A stretch of DNA of 64,000 nucleotides from an uncultured delta proteobacterium (GCA_963754925.1 CAVWHX010000004.1:768001-832000), one strand, 5' to 3'; positions 40,700 through 55,040 are shown, counted from the stretch's first letter. A program made the numbers and translations. The notes: a model not told the origin generated them from the sequence alone.

Positions 40700-41877
40700 A
40701 CGTACGGCATCCTCACGGTGCGCTCAAGGGTCTGCTGCTGCTGCTGGCCCTCGTGTCCTCTGGCTGTGTTCACCGCCCATCTCTGAAGCCAGAGGCGGCG
40801 CGCAATGGAACGATATTCATGGAACCTCTTCAGATCCTCTCGCAGCCTGACCAAGAACTCGGCCTCAGCGTCTTTGACGCCGCCGTGCTGTTTCAGGAAG
40901 GATTGCGTTTTCAGGAGGCAAGCGAGTACGACCAAGCATTGCGCTACTACGAGCGCCTGCTCCGCGACTTTGGCGATTCACGCTATTATTCCGCCGCGGC
41001 ATTCAACGCTGGTCGATGCTATGAGGAGAAAAGCGACTGTGAAAACGCTGTCGGCCGCTTTGAGTTGATTCTTGATGCCTTGCCGCATTCAAAGGATTGG
41101 GTGAATGCGGCGTTTAGCGCGGCCGGCTGCCTCATTAAGCTTGAACGCCACGACCGGGCGGCGGCGCTGTATGCTCGGTTGCTCGAAAGGCCAGATCTTG
41201 CGACCGCTGATCGGATTGATGCTCAGGTTGCGCGCGGTGAGGAGCTGGTTGCAACGGGTGATCTCATCGAAGCCGAAAAAGCTTTTCGTGCCGCTTTGCA
41301 TCTCTACCGCGAACACGAACGTGATGAGTACCTTGATCCCGCGCCCGCCTCCCGGGCAGAATTTAACCTCGCAGAGCTGCTTACGCGCACCTTTCAGGCC
41401 GCCCCGCTGCGCCTGCCTGAAGATCAACTTGAGCGCGATCTTGAGGCTAAGGCGCTGGCATTGCTCGATGCCCAAAACAGCTACCTGCGGGCGATGCGCT
41501 TGGGCGACCCGGCCTGGGCTACGGCTTCCGGCTACCGCATCGGTCGGCTCTATATTGATTTTTATAACGCTTTGGACAACGCCCCCGTGCCAGCGGACCT
41601 GGCCGTTGAGGAAGTGAACACGTATCACCAGCTCCTCCGCCAGCGCCTTGGGGTATTGCTTAGAAAAGCATTAAAGGTATATGAGCTTACAATTCAACTG
41701 GCCGAGCGCACCCATGTCGACAATCAATGGACCGCCGCGGCTCGGCAAGAAATGACGTCGATCGAAGAGCAGGTCCTGTCGTTGCTTGAAGAAGCGGAGA
41801 AATCATCAAATAACGAAACCGAATCATCTGCTCCCGGTGCACTGAATCAAAACCAAGATCGGACAGACAACAAATAA
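40696..41877 (+). CDS. TPR-containing lipoprotein
   Basis: Lipobox SSGC, multiple TPR helices. Confidence 0.75.
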   Translation: MNVRHPHGALKGLLLLLALVSSGCVHRPSLKPEAARNGTIFMEPLQILSQPDQELGLSVFDAAVLFQEGLRFQEASEYDQALRYYERLLRDFGDSRYYSAAAFNAGRCYEEKSDCENAVGRFELILDALPHSKDWVNAAFSAAGCLIKLERHDRAAALYARLLERPDLATADRIDAQVARGEELVATGDLIEAEKAFRAALHLYREHERDEYLDPAPASRAEFNLAELLTRTFQAAPLRLPEDQLERDLEAKALALLDAQNSYLRAMRLGDPAWATASGYRIGRLYIDFYNALDNAPVPADLAVEEVNTYHQLLRQRLGVLLRKALKVYELTIQLAERTHVDNQWTAAARQEMTSIEEQVLSLLEEAEKSSNNETESSAPGALNQNQDRTDNK

Positions 41878-41935
41878 CAATTTAACCCCTAACCATTGCC
41901 GGTTGGGTTAATTGCTGAATGGATGCGGCGACACA

Positions 41936-42064
41936 GTCATTCCCGCAAAAGCGGGAATCCAGCAATGTTAAAACCTGGATCCCCGCCTTAGAGATTGTAG
42001 CGAGCGAAGCGAAACTAAGCGAGGCGTACAACCTCTTATCCCTTTAGGGGTGCGCGGGGATGAC
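41936..42064. repeat. REP-like inverted doublet GTCATTCCCGC-AAAA-GCGGGAATCCAG ... CTGGATCCCCGCC|TGCGCGGGGATGAC
   Basis: Two inverted hairpin units between convergent genes; the second is interrupted by a TTAG element. Confidence 0.8.
41988..42051 (+). mobile_element. TTAG-hairpin-TATCCC-hairpin mini element, copy 2
   Basis: TTAG, stem AGAGATTGTA/TACAACCTCT, then ATCCC-TTTA-GGGGT; sits in the loop of a host hairpin. Confidence 0.7.
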
Positions 42065-42116
42065 TTTCCAGTCTATATCACTGCTTACTCTATTCGCATT
42101 GTTCAAGGACAACTAA

Positions 42117-42632
42117 CTACTGTTTAGTCAGATTTCGGGGAAGATTTTGGATAAAGTCCCGCACGAGGTTTTGTTGGCTTGGCTGATCAAGCGTCTTGCT
42201 CAGCAAATGACCGGCCGCCGAGAGCGCCAGATCGACTGCTTGCGTGCGTACCGCCTCGACTGCTCGGTTACGTTCTTCATCGATTTGCATCTTGGCGCGC
42301 GCAACTTGATCGTCTGCTTCGCGACGCGCCTTCTCGACCATCTCGGCTGCAATCTTATCGGCGTCGACGCGGGCGCGCTTGAGGAATTCAGCGGATTCCA
42401 AGCGTTGCTTGGCGACCAAATCTTTTTGCTCTGCCAGCAGCCGCTCGGATTCAGTTTTAGCCGCATCGGCCTTTTGTAACGAGTCACGGATGCGCGCTTC
42501 ACGATCATGAAGCATGCTCAGGACCGGCTTCCAGGCAAGTTTCTTGAGCACCACCAATAAAACTACAAAGATGATCAGCGTCCAGATCATAATCCCTGGG
42601 TTGATCTGCTCCGTCATAAAATCAAAATTCAT
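42117..42632 (-). CDS. atpF: ATP synthase F0 subunit b
   Basis: INPGIMIWTLIIFVVLLVVLKKLAWKPV...REARI plus coiled coil. Confidence 0.95.
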   Translation of the reverse strand: MNFDFMTEQINPGIMIWTLIIFVVLLVVLKKLAWKPVLSMLHDREARIRDSLQKADAAKTESERLLAEQKDLVAKQRLESAEFLKRARVDADKIAAEMVEKARREADDQVARAKMQIDEERNRAVEAVRTQAVDLALSAAGHLLSKTLDQPSQQNLVRDFIQNLPRNLTKQ

Positions 42633-42668
42633 GGCAGACCTCTCTCCCCTGACTCTGGTGACATCGGC

Positions 42669-42896
42669 CTATTTGAAAGCCAACAAAATGCAAACCACCT
42701 CAGCAAAGAGGGTAACACCTTCAATCAACGCGGCGGCGATGATCATGGTCGTCCGAATTTCATTAAGTACCGAGGGTTGCCGCGCGCTGCCATGCATAGC
42801 GCCTTCAGCCAGACGGCCAATGCCATAGCCGCCACCGATCACTGCCAACCCTGCTCCAAGTCCCGCTCCTAAATGCGCAAGTATCAAGCCGGTCAT
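42669..42896 (-). CDS. atpE: ATP synthase F0 subunit c
   Basis: GxGxG motif, ARQP loop, LIEG with the essential Glu. Confidence 0.97.
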   Translation of the reverse strand: MTGLILAHLGAGLGAGLAVIGGGYGIGRLAEGAMHGSARQPSVLNEIRTTMIIAAALIEGVTLFAEVVCILLAFK

Positions 42897-42934
42897 GCTC
42901 CTGCCTCCTTAAAAGAAAAGAACAACGGTGATTT

Positions 42935-43730
42935 TCAATGCTCCCCCGCCACTAACAAGCCCATAAAGAGCGAGGTAAGCATGGTGAAGATGTATGCCTG
43001 CAAAAAAGCCACAAAGAGCTCCAGTAAATACATGAACACGCAAAACGCCACTGACAGGGGAAATACCCAGGAAACTCATTACAAAAATGAGTCCTATCAG
43101 ACTAATAATAACCACGTGCCCCGCCACCATATTGGCGAAAAGACGAATGCACAGGGCAAACGGTTTAGCGAAGACGCCCATGAGTTCTACCAAGAACATG
43201 ATCGGCGATAACCACCACGGCACCCCCGGCGGAACCAAATGCTTTAGATAGCCACCGACACCGAGTTTACGGATACCGGCGTACTGAATTATCAGGAAGG
43301 ACATAAATGCCAAGCTCGCGGTGATGCTGACATAACCGGTTGCCGAAGACCCGTAGGGAACCAGGCCGAGCAAGTTGCAGGTCAAAATAAAAAAGAACGT
43401 CGTGCAGAGATAGGGAGTATATTTCTCAGCGGCATGGTGGCCCATGGTGGCCTCAGCCACATCCTGCTTGATGAACAACACAAACGACTCTACCAAGTTG
43501 GTGAATCCTCGTGGCACCAGCTGCAAGCGGCTGCGCACTAAGATACCCATAATGATAAGCAATACTGAAGCGATAAGCATCATCAAAACGTTTTTGGAAA
43601 TAGAGAGTCCCGAAATATCTATGCCAAAAAGGGTATCGTATTGATGGTTCATAAACACGTGCTCGAGAATAAAATTCCCGACTCTCTGACCCATTGATCC
43701 CGTTTCTTCCACTGCATGCTCAACTGACAT
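42935..43730 (-). CDS. atpB: ATP synthase F0 subunit a (+1 frameshift at 43057-43060)
   Basis: [24 protein letters not shown]. The conserved [17 protein letters not shown] lies in the shifted frame, which ends TGA at 42935. Confidence 0.95.
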
Positions 43731-44166
43731 GGCTGGCCGCTCCTTCGGCAGCAACGGTGGCCACGCGTCGCGCGGCCACGAACAACCCGCCGATCTCGAT
43801 GGTTAGAAAAATAAATACTCCGCCAAGCAAACCGACCACAAATCCCATCGGATCCAAAAAATTGGTGGTAATAACCACGATGGCGATCGCCAATGCGACT
43901 AATTGGCGAACCGCCATACCACCCAGCACGTATTTTATGAACACTTTTCCATCAGTATCGCGCAACGCTTTGCGGGCAGCCCACCACCCGCTGACGCCTA
44001 ACACGCTTGCAATCAACCAACCAGGTACTGCTGCCGGCGCCCATGCCACCTGAAGCATACCAGCCAGGGCGACAAAGGCCATTATGCCCAGGGCCGTCAC
44101 ACTAAGCAGCATGAGGAGGGTTCCACGACCGGGACCCGGCGATCCGATCGTGCGCACATCATTCAT
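43720..44166 (-). CDS. AtpI-like 4-TM membrane protein
   Basis: Four hydrophobic segments; directly upstream of atpB. Confidence 0.7.
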   Translation of the reverse strand: MNDVRTIGSPGPGRGTLLMLLSVTALGIMAFVALAGMLQVAWAPAAVPGWLIASVLGVSGWWAARKALRDTDGKVFIKYVLGGMAVRQLVALAIAIVVITTNFLDPMGFVVGLLGGVFIFLTIEIGGLFVAARRVATVAAEGAASHVS

Positions 44167-44384
44167 CTTTCGACTGCTCCTTCCTCAGGACTACCTTAAA
44201 GAACTCATAGAAGCCTGAGACAATACCCAACAGACAACCTGCCAGTAACAACCATGGCTCAGTTCCAAGCTTTTTATCCAGCCAATGTCCAAAGAGCATT
44301 CCCAACACCAAACAGCTAGCAAATATAGCGCCCAAGTTTAATGTACGGCGCTATTTTTCTTATTGAGTCGGATCCTTTGGCCAT
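44159..44384 (-). CDS. AtpZ/AtpI family protein (+1 frameshift at 44337-44339)
   Basis: Not in the ORF track. RBS GGAAGGAG; after removing one base it reads MAKGSDSIRKIAPYINLGAIFASCLVLGMLFGHWLDKKLGTEPWLLLAGCLLGIVSGFYEFFK (GxWLD...GTxPW motif). Confidence 0.85.
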
Positions 44385-44498
44385 CGCTCCTTCCTATCAG
44401 CGACTCGCCTCATACCATATCGTTGACCCGTGAATCAACATTTTTTTGTTAATCAACTAACAATTTGTTAAAATTCAGTTTTTAGGCAGTTTGTACTA

Positions 44499-45605
44499 TT
44501 AACCACCATTTGAACTAGTTGTTGATGTGACGGGTGATGATTCGGGCGCCGACGGTCTTGAATTCTTTTCAACCTGTGGTTGCTTCTCTGCATCCGTCGC
44601 TTCAGGCTTCTCCGGTTTGGCCGGCTGTGCTCCGGGCGCCAGCGTTTTTGTCGCTGGGTCTGATCCAGTCGCCGGTGTGGAAACGGGGGAAGCTTTGGGG
44701 GCGGCTAGTGCAGGTTTTTCGAGAGGGGCGGCCTTTGGTTTGGTTTTGGGTACCGGGCCATCGGCCTTCGGTGCCGGCTGCGATCCCGAGCGCTTCGGTG
44801 CGTCGAGCTCTGCAAATCGTTCTCTGAGATTCGATAACTGCGCTTGTACCAGATCGGGACGAGGATGCTTTTTGAGCGCCTCGAGCAGGGCCTTTTCAGC
44901 CTTCGGAATATCGCCGAGCTCCTGGTAGCAGAGGCCGAGCTCAAACTGGGCGCGGGCACGCAACTCGGGGTCTGGGTTGGAGTCAAGTAACTCCTGATAC
45001 GCCTCAATCGCTTCGGGGTAGCGTCCCTCCACCGAAAACGAGTTGGCGATGAGCAGGCGGGCCAGAGCCGCAATCGCTCCGTGATCCTTTTTCTGCAAAA
45101 GAACCTTGGCCTCAACGCGGGCCTGGTTAAAGTCCCGAAGGAGGAAATAGCATTGTGCGCCGCGATATTGATACTCACCGATATCCTCGCGGAGCGGAAA
45201 CACGCTGACCAATCGCTCGATCTCTTCAACCGCCGCACGATAGTCCATGAGCCGCTCCTGATAGATGGTGACTATCTCGCGCTGGGCATCGAAGGCAAAG
45301 GGCGCTTCGGGATCTATCTTGAGCGCCTCGTGAAAGCGCGCGACGGCTCGTCGCGGCTGATTCAAATAGAGATGCTCGATCTGCGCGGCCTGGTAGAGCG
45401 CCCGCGCCTGCATCCGAACCGCGTCAGGTTGTGGTGACGACTTTAATTCAGAGGCGATCGCCAAATAGAGACTCTCGGCCTCCTCGTAGCGATTCTCAAA
45501 CAAGAGACCGATGCCTTGTTTGAAACGATCCTCGACGCTTCCTGAACAGCAGACGACCAAGAACCCCACCACCGCAAGCCACCCTGTCAGGCCTCGGTAC
45601 TTCAC
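44499..45605 (-). CDS. TPR-containing lipoprotein with Pro/Ala-rich tail
   Basis: Signal peptide with Cys, TPR repeats; overlaps the gyrA stop. Confidence 0.75.
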   Translation of the reverse strand: MKYRGLTGWLAVVGFLVVCCSGSVEDRFKQGIGLLFENRYEEAESLYLAIASELKSSPQPDAVRMQARALYQAAQIEHLYLNQPRRAVARFHEALKIDPEAPFAFDAQREIVTIYQERLMDYRAAVEEIERLVSVFPLREDIGEYQYRGAQCYFLLRDFNQARVEAKVLLQKKDHGAIAALARLLIANSFSVEGRYPEAIEAYQELLDSNPDPELRARAQFELGLCYQELGDIPKAEKALLEALKKHPRPDLVQAQLSNLRERFAELDAPKRSGSQPAPKADGPVPKTKPKAAPLEKPALAAPKASPVSTPATGSDPATKTLAPGAQPAKPEKPEATDAEKQPQVEKNSRPSAPESSPVTSTTSSNGG

Positions 45606-48223
45606 GCAGCCGCTCCTCCCCCGTCGTCGTCACCATCGCTGGGTTCTGAATCTTTTTCCGGCGCATCGGCGTCGCCGGTATCTTCTTCCTCGTCGGGAAC
45701 GAGCGGTATGCCCTCACCCTGTTCAGGCGCGGGGGCCGCTGTCGCAGCCTCCCCGTTCTCATCGGTCCCGGTGCCCGAAGCCTCGTCATCGCTCTCGCGT
45801 TCGACCAATCGAGCGAAGGAGACCATTCGCTCGCCCTCTTTGACATCAATCAAACGCACCCCGATGGTATCGCGGCCCAAGATAGGAATGCCCTTGACCT
45901 GCGTACGGATCACCATCCCGCCGTCGGTGATCAGCATGACGTCGTCGTCGGCCTTGACCTGCATGGTGCCAATCACCGGCCCATTCTTGTCAGTCACCCG
46001 GCAGGTCTTGACCCCGACGCCGCCGCGCGCGGTGAGCCGGTACTGATCGAGCTCGGATCGTTTGCCGTAGCCATGTTCGGTTACCGTCAGGATCACCGCG
46101 CCGGGATCGACCACTTCCATAGAGACCACCCGATCGTCTTTGCGCAAGCGGATCCCGCGCACCCCGTGCGCAATCCGACCCATGGTGCGAACATCCTTCT
46201 CGCCAAAACGGCAAGCCATTCCCAAGCGGGTGCCTATCAACACCTCCTGCTGACCGTTGGTGAGGCGCGCGGCGATAATTTGATCGCCCTCCTCCACCCC
46301 CATCGCGATAAGCCCGGAGACATTGATGTTGGCATACGCGGAGAGTTCGGTCTTCTTGATGGTGCCGCGCTCGGTGACCATGACCAAATGGTGGTTGGCC
46401 AACTCGGTAAACGACACCACCGGCACGATGGAAGCCACCTGCTCACCGGGCTGCAGCCGAACCAAGTTGACGATCGGCGTGCCGCGCCCGGCTGGGCCGG
46501 ATTCGGGCACTTCGTGAACCTTCAGGGCATAGGCCCGCCCCGTTTTGGTGATCACCAGAATCGTGGCATGGGTCGATGCCACGAACAGATTTTCGACAAA
46601 GTCCTCAGCGCGGGTATTCATCCCGCTGCGACCCTTACCCCCCCGGCGCTGACGCCGGTAGAGGTTGATCTGGCTGCGCTTTACGTAGGAGGCGTGGCTG
46701 ATGGTCACGACATGGTCCTCATCCACCAGCAGATCCTCCAGCGTAATCTCCTTCGTCTCGCCGACAATGGCGGTGCGCCGCTCGTCGCGGTAGCGCTCGC
46801 CCACCTCGCGAAGCTCGGAGGCCACCACCTCCATGAGTTTGGCCACGTCGTCGAGGATAGCGGTGAGGCGCGCTATCTCGGCGCGTACCTCCGTCAGCTC
46901 AGCGGCAATCTTGTCGCGCTCAAGGCCGGTCAAACGCTGCAGGCGCATCTCCAAAATGGCCTGGGCCTGTCGTTCGCTCAAAGAAAAGCGTTCAATCAAA
47001 CCCCGCTTGGCTTCATCGGGGTCGCGGGCCGCGCGGATCAGGGCGATCACCTGGTCGAGCTGCGAAAGCGCTATCTGCAGCCCTTCGAGGATGTGGGCCC
47101 GATCGCGGTTTTGCGCCAGATCGAACACGCAGCGGCGGCGGATGACCTCACGCCGGTGGGCGATATAGTGTTCGAGCATCTCTTTGAGGTTGAGCACGCG
47201 CGGCTGGCCGCCGACGATCGCCAATAGGATCACCCCAAACGAGCTCTGCAAGGGGGTATGTTTATAGAGCCCGTTGAGCACCACCTCGGCCACCGCGTCG
47301 CGGCGTAGTTCGATCACGACGCGCAGGCCGTCCCGATCGCTTTCATCGCGCAGGTCAGAGATGCCCTGAAGTTTTTTGTCGCGCACCAACTCAGCGATGC
47401 GCTCAACCAAGCGGGCTTTATTGACTTGATAGGGAATCTCGGTGACGACAATGCTCTGCCGGCCGGATTTCGGCTCTACCTCGATAGCGGCGCGCGCGCG
47501 CACGTTGAGGATGCCGCGGCCGGTTTGGTAGGCTTGCACAATGCCGTCCGTGCCGTGGATCACCCCGGCGGTGGGAAAATCCGGCCCGGGGATGAACTTC
47601 ATCAAATCAGCGATGCTGGTCTTTGGCTCACGAATAAGATGCAGCGTTGCGTCAATCACCTCGCCCAAATTATGCGGCGGGATATTGGTGGCCATGCCCA
47701 CGGCAATGCCGGTTGAGCCGTTGACCAGCAGGTTAGGAAAACGACCGGGCAGGACCGTGGGCTCCTCGGTCGAGCTATCAAAGTTGGGTACAAAATCGAC
47801 TGTCTGCCTATCAATATCGGAGAGCAGCTCCTCGGCAAGTTGATACAAACGCGATTCGGTATATCGGTAGGCTGCGGGCGGATCGCCGTCGATTGAGCCA
47901 AAATTACCCTGGCCGTTGACCAAGGGGTAGCGCATGTTCCAGTCTTGCGCCATGCGCACCAACGAGTCGTAGACAGCCGCGTCGCCATGCGGATGGTACT
48001 TCTTAAGCACCTCGCCGACCACGCCGGCGCACTTGGAGAACTTCTTGTTGTGGAGGAGTCCCTCAGAGTACATCGCGAACAGAATGCGCCGGTGCACCGG
48101 CTTGAGTCCGTCGCGCACATCCGGCAGCGCCCGCCCAATGATGACGCTCATGGCGTAATCCAGGTAGGACGAACGCATCTCGTCTTCGATGTTGACTAAC
48201 ACGTGTTTGGCTGTTTCGCTCAT
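45602..48223 (-). CDS. gyrA: DNA gyrase subunit A
   Basis: [21 protein letters not shown], GyrA box QRRGGKG, acidic tail. Confidence 0.98.
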   Translation of the reverse strand: MSETAKHVLVNIEDEMRSSYLDYAMSVIIGRALPDVRDGLKPVHRRILFAMYSEGLLHNKKFSKCAGVVGEVLKKYHPHGDAAVYDSLVRMAQDWNMRYPLVNGQGNFGSIDGDPPAAYRYTESRLYQLAEELLSDIDRQTVDFVPNFDSSTEEPTVLPGRFPNLLVNGSTGIAVGMATNIPPHNLGEVIDATLHLIREPKTSIADLMKFIPGPDFPTAGVIHGTDGIVQAYQTGRGILNVRARAAIEVEPKSGRQSIVVTEIPYQVNKARLVERIAELVRDKKLQGISDLRDESDRDGLRVVIELRRDAVAEVVLNGLYKHTPLQSSFGVILLAIVGGQPRVLNLKEMLEHYIAHRREVIRRRCVFDLAQNRDRAHILEGLQIALSQLDQVIALIRAARDPDEAKRGLIERFSLSERQAQAILEMRLQRLTGLERDKIAAELTEVRAEIARLTAILDDVAKLMEVVASELREVGERYRDERRTAIVGETKEITLEDLLVDEDHVVTISHASYVKRSQINLYRRQRRGGKGRSGMNTRAEDFVENLFVASTHATILVITKTGRAYALKVHEVPESGPAGRGTPIVNLVRLQPGEQVASIVPVVSFTELANHHLVMVTERGTIKKTELSAYANINVSGLIAMGVEEGDQIIAARLTNGQQEVLIGTRLGMACRFGEKDVRTMGRIAHGVRGIRLRKDDRVVSMEVVDPGAVILTVTEHGYGKRSELDQYRLTARGGVGVKTCRVTDKNGPVIGTMQVKADDDVMLITDGGMVIRTQVKGIPILGRDTIGVRLIDVKEGERMVSFARLVERESDDEASGTGTDENGEAATAAPAPEQGEGIPLVPDEEEDTGDADAPEKDSEPSDGDDDGGGAAA

Positions 48224-48268
48224 GACCCTCTACGATCGTTTCATTCTTGCGTTGCCAACTATCTCTTT

Positions 48269-48325
48269 ATCCCCGAAGGGATAGGCGTTCCTAAGCCTCG
48301 CTGCGCTCGGCTAAGGATCGCCTAA
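48269..48325 (-). mobile_element. TTAG-hairpin-TATCCC-hairpin mini element, copy 3
   Basis: Minus strand: TTAG GCGATCCTTAGCC-GAGCGCAGCGA-GGCTTAGGAACGCC TATCCC-TTCG-GGGAT. A 22-bp direct repeat (48290-48311, 48321-48342) overlaps it. Confidence 0.65.
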
Positions 48326-48351
48326 GCCTCGCTGCGCTCGGCAAGGAGCTC

Positions 48352-49350
48352 TTACCATCTTACCAGTGCGCTCGCCCAGGTGAAGCCGGCGCCAAAGGAC
48401 GCCAAGAGGACCAGATCGCCGCGGCTGAGCTTGCCTTCGCGCTCGGCGTCGTACAGGGCAAGCGGGATGCTCGCCGCGGTGGTATTGCCAAGCCGCTTGA
48501 TGTTGTGGAAAATCCGGTCGGGCGGCAGGCCGAGCTGTTTAGCCACCGCCTCGTTGATCCGCTGATTGGCCTGGTGCGGCACCAGCAGCCGGATGTCCCC
48601 AAGCTGTAGGTTGTTTTGTTTCAACGCCTCGTGAATCACTTCCGGCATGTGCCGAACCGCCGCGGTGAAAACGTGCCGGCCGTTCATCTGCGGGAACTGT
48701 CTACCCTCTTCGAGCATTTCTTTGGTAATGCGCAGGGGATAGTAACACGACCCCGGCGAATCGAGCCACAGAGCCTTGGCAAAGCGCCCGTCGGCGTGCA
48801 GATGCGTGGAGAGCACGCCGCGCCCAGTATCTTCAGTCGCACCGAGCACCACCGCACCAGCGCCATCACCAAACAGACAGGCTACATCACGGCCGCGGGT
48901 GCTGATATCGAGCCCGGTCGAGTGCACCTCCGTCCCGACCAGAAGAACATGCCGGTATTGACCGGTTTTGATCCACGCGTCGGCGATGCTGAGACCGTAC
49001 AGAAACCCGCTGCACTGGTTGCGTACATCCAAAGCCGGAACACCGGGCAACCCCAAGCGCGCCTGCAAAAAGCACCCGGTCCCCGGAAACTCGTGCTCGG
49101 GCGATAAACTGGCTAAGATGATCGCGTCTATCTCGCTGAGCGCCACCGAGGATTGCTCGCACGCCTCGCGCGCGGCCTTCTCGGCAAGCTCGCTGGGCGC
49201 CGTCTCTTCCGAGATCCAGTGTCGTTCGCGGATTCCCGTGCGCTCAAAAATCCATTCGTCGCTGGTGTCCATCCACTGAGTGAGATCCTGATTGGTGACC
49301 ACGCGATCAGGTACGTAGCGGCCCACACCGAGAAAGACTGTCCTTTTCAT
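48352..49350 (-). CDS. fabH: 3-oxoacyl-ACP synthase III
   Basis: DTSDEWI, NQCSGF (Cys), FGDGAGA, PHQAN (His), GNTTAASIP (Asn), FGAGFTW. Confidence 0.9.
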   Translation of the reverse strand: MKRTVFLGVGRYVPDRVVTNQDLTQWMDTSDEWIFERTGIRERHWISEETAPSELAEKAAREACEQSSVALSEIDAIILASLSPEHEFPGTGCFLQARLGLPGVPALDVRNQCSGFLYGLSIADAWIKTGQYRHVLLVGTEVHSTGLDISTRGRDVACLFGDGAGAVVLGATEDTGRGVLSTHLHADGRFAKALWLDSPGSCYYPLRITKEMLEEGRQFPQMNGRHVFTAAVRHMPEVIHEALKQNNLQLGDIRLLVPHQANQRINEAVAKQLGLPPDRIFHNIKRLGNTTAASIPLALYDAEREGKLSRGDLVLLASFGAGFTWASALVRW

Positions 49351-49380
49351 GGGTTGCTCCTATCCTTCCGCGGCGTCGGA

Positions 49381-51867
<2,487 letters not shown>

Positions 51868-51884
51868 TCAAAACAAGGCAGGTA

Positions 51885-51913
51885 ACGCTACCATGAGCCC
51901 CGTATCATGTAAA
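51885..51913 (-). promoter_or_regulatory. Sigma70-type promoter for gyrB
   Basis: TTTACA-17 nt-TAGCGT with extended TG on the minus strand. Confidence 0.5.
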
Positions 51914-51949
51914 GAAAAATCACCAATCTAACTATTGTATAAGTTATTG

Positions 51950-52721
51950 TTAATTATTGTTATTTTCAACGTTATCGCTTTGAGAAGTCTGCCTTGCGAG
52001 CCTACGCTTTTCGACTATACGGGCGGCTAACACGCCGAGCTCGAAAAGGACATACATGGGAATGGCCATGATGGATTGATTGACTACGTCAGGGGTTGGG
52101 GTTGCGATGGCGGCGACGATGAAAACGCCCAAAAAAACATACTTACGATACTTGGCAAAGGTAGCCGCCTTGATTATGCCGAGCCATGAAAGCGCCACGA
52201 CGACCATTGGCGTCTCAAACACCAATCCAAACATAATCAAAAACATAGCTGCGCCGGAAAGGTATGAGCTCAACGCGAGCATTAAGCGGGTATTATCGAC
52301 CATTTGACTGACGGAGAACTCAACGGCCGCAGGCAGCACCAGAAAGTAGCTAAAGAGAACGCCGCCTAAAAAGAACAGGATCATACAGCCGACAACCGGT
52401 ATGGCAAAGCGACGCTCATTCGGATAAAGGGCTGGTGAGATAAACCACCATATCTGGTGGAACACCACGGGACAGGCCAGAATAATCCCACCGATTAATC
52501 CAAGCTTTAAGCCGATAGAAGATGGGTTCAAAGATTCCCAGATAGACCGGTTGGCTGTTGCTGGGGAACTTATTTTGGATTGGCAACCGCAACAGCCAAT
52601 CAAGAGTATCGCTGAAGTACAGTGCAACAACGCAACCGACGAGGAGCGCTACTCCTGATACGATCAGGACCCGTCGCAGTTCATTAAGGTGGCCGAGGAG
52701 GCTAAGGTTCTTTTCATTCAC
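51950..52721 (-). CDS. tatC: Twin-arginine translocase TatC (+1 frameshift at 52506-52508)
   Basis: LLGHLNELR in ORF 52416-52721; QIWWFISPALYPNE, FETP, TPTPD and LFE in ORF 51950-52630. Span is 3n+1. Confidence 0.93.
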
Positions 52722-52727
52722 AGTGCC

Positions 52728-55040
52728 CTACAATTTAAAGCGGGTCATCTCAACTTGCAACGTTTCTGCTTGCTCGATGACACGTTCCACGCTTTTCTTC
52801 ATACTCTCCATCGCAGAGCTGTGGTGCTCGGCAACTTCCTTGATGCGATCGACCGCTTGCACCACTTGCTCCGCACCACGGGCTTGCTCTTTTTGGGCCC
52901 GGTTGAGATGGTGAACCATCTCGGAGATGTTTTCGATCGCCCGGGTCACCTGTTTGCTTCCTCGCGACTGTTCCTGGGAGGAGGCATGCACATGCTGCGT
53001 GATCACCCGCATCCGTTCGGCCGAGCTCATGATTTGCTCGCTGCCCTTTGCTTGTTCCGCGGTGGCTGTGGCGATCTGACCAACGGTCTCAGCTATGCGC
53101 TGTATAGCTTCGGCCACCTCTTTTGAACCGCGCGATTGCTCGACCGTCGCGCGTGCAATGGCCCGCACCATATCAGTCGAACGGGTGGAGCTCTCAACGA
53201 TCTTACGCAGCGCCTGCTCCGCCTCGGCTGACAAATTGACGCCCTCGTCGACGCTTTTGAGACCTTTCTCCATGGCGTTGATCACATTTTTGGTTTCGGA
53301 CTGGACACCGGTTACCAGATTAGCGATCTCGTTGGTCGAGGTGGCGGCGCGCTCGGCCAGGTCTTTGATCTCATCCGCCACCACGGCGAAGCCTTTGCCG
53401 TGCTCCCCTGCCTGGGCAGCGATAATCGCCGCGTTGAGTGCGAGGAGGTTGGTCTGTTCGGCCACATCATCGATCACATTGAGCACCTGGCCGATGGCCT
53501 GGACCTTTTTACCCAGCGTCTCTATGACGCCAAAGGCGATCTGGGTGGATTCGTTGATGCGCGAAATACCCGCGATGGTGCTCTTCACCGCTTCGGCTCC
53601 CCGTTCAGCGTCTCGGCGCACTTCCTCGCTGAGGACAGCGGTGTCGTTAGCATTGGATTCAACCTGGCTAATCGAAGCGTCAATCTCGCGCATGGCCGTC
53701 GATGTTTGCTCGGTGGTGGTCGAGAGGTTCTCGACGTTCTTGGCCACTTCTTTTATGGCCTGGGTCATTTCCTCGATGCTGGAGGTGGTCTGCTCGACCG
53801 AGCTGGCCAGGGAGTTGATATTGTCCGCCACTTCATCGTTGGTGGCGGCCATTTCCATGATCGAGCTGGAGGATTCTTCTGCAGAACTTGCGAGGATCTC
53901 GACGTTCTCTGCAATGCCCTTCAATGAGGCCAACATTTCAGCCATCGAGGAGGACGTCTCGTCTACAGCGGCAACCTGATATTCCGCGCCTTGGACGACA
54001 TCACCGGTGCTTTTGGTGATATCATCAACTACCTCATTCAAACTGCCGGTTACCTTGTATATCTTGCGAATCATAGTGTTGAGATTGCTTGAAAGGTGGT
54101 TCAACGTGGCGGCCAATATGCCGAGCTCGTCATTGGAAGTCAGGGGGATTGACTCGGTTAAATTACCGTCAGCGATGCGGTGGGCCGCGCTAAGCATCAA
54201 GGCCAAGTTGCGGTATAACCGCTTATACGCAAGAAACACGAAAATCGTGAAACCGACCAGGGCGATTCCGAAGACGATGAGCACGGTCCGGGCAAGCCAT
54301 GTTTTCTGCTCTTCAAGGTGTTTGGTGCTCAGCCCAAGAAAGAGGTAACCAACCGGGGTTTCGGCACGGTTTTCGGATTCAAATTTCGCAGCGCCGCGGG
54401 AGCCGGCCTTGGCGCCACCTTGTTCGTCAAGCAGTTGGGCTTCGTTTGAAATGGCATCTTCACCTGGCTTGGCCTGCCCCGCGACAGCAGCTTTTGAGGA
54501 TTCATCAGGATTAGCTTTGGCTGAATCCGCAGAGGTCGAAAACTCACTCGCAATCCCCATGCTGCGATACACAGGCTCGGAAAACCCGAACGTGTTATTA
54601 ATTTCCATAAATTCGTAATTATCCCTATGCTCCTTGAGGTTGTTCCGGTGTTTGATGGTTATCTCTTCCGGATCCTGAATAGCGCTCAGCGGTCTAATCA
54701 AGTGCGTCAAGATAGTATAGGGCCATTCGATGTCATCTGATTTATCGTTTTTCTTCACGACGATGACATACGCCAAGTTTTCGCTTTGTTTAAGCAATAT
54801 GGATAGGCGAGCATTCTCGGCATCAGCGTTCTGATATAACACATCAAAGGCGCTTCCATAGGCCAAGATGTGCGCCAACTCGCTTCCATGCGCTATCATT
54901 GAGTTACGAAGCTTTTCACTTACCTGGCTATAGACAATAATACCAACCGCCACCAATATTATTGCGAGAATCAAGGCAAAGCTGATGACGATCTTCGTCC
55001 GTAGACTTAGACCCGTCGGAGATAGTTGCTGGTCATTCAT
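52728..55040 (-). CDS. Methyl-accepting chemotaxis protein (extended signalling domain)
   Basis: Two TMs, HAMP (DELGILA), [30 protein letters not shown]. Confidence 0.95.
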   Translation of the reverse strand: MNDQQLSPTGLSLRTKIVISFALILAIILVAVGIIVYSQVSEKLRNSMIAHGSELAHILAYGSAFDVLYQNADAENARLSILLKQSENLAYVIVVKKNDKSDDIEWPYTILTHLIRPLSAIQDPEEITIKHRNNLKEHRDNYEFMEINNTFGFSEPVYRSMGIASEFSTSADSAKANPDESSKAAVAGQAKPGEDAISNEAQLLDEQGGAKAGSRGAAKFESENRAETPVGYLFLGLSTKHLEEQKTWLARTVLIVFGIALVGFTIFVFLAYKRLYRNLALMLSAAHRIADGNLTESIPLTSNDELGILAATLNHLSSNLNTMIRKIYKVTGSLNEVVDDITKSTGDVVQGAEYQVAAVDETSSSMAEMLASLKGIAENVEILASSAEESSSSIMEMAATNDEVADNINSLASSVEQTTSSIEEMTQAIKEVAKNVENLSTTTEQTSTAMREIDASISQVESNANDTAVLSEEVRRDAERGAEAVKSTIAGISRINESTQIAFGVIETLGKKVQAIGQVLNVIDDVAEQTNLLALNAAIIAAQAGEHGKGFAVVADEIKDLAERAATSTNEIANLVTGVQSETKNVINAMEKGLKSVDEGVNLSAEAEQALRKIVESSTRSTDMVRAIARATVEQSRGSKEVAEAIQRIAETVGQIATATAEQAKGSEQIMSSAERMRVITQHVHASSQEQSRGSKQVTRAIENISEMVHHLNRAQKEQARGAEQVVQAVDRIKEVAEHHSSAMESMKKSVERVIEQAETLQVEMTRFKL

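Noticed and set aside
42909..43060. Novel C-terminus of AtpB (GVLRVHVF...VVLFF) in the ORF track
   Set aside because: Out-of-frame product of an extra base; the conserved LQAYIF helix is in the adjacent frame.
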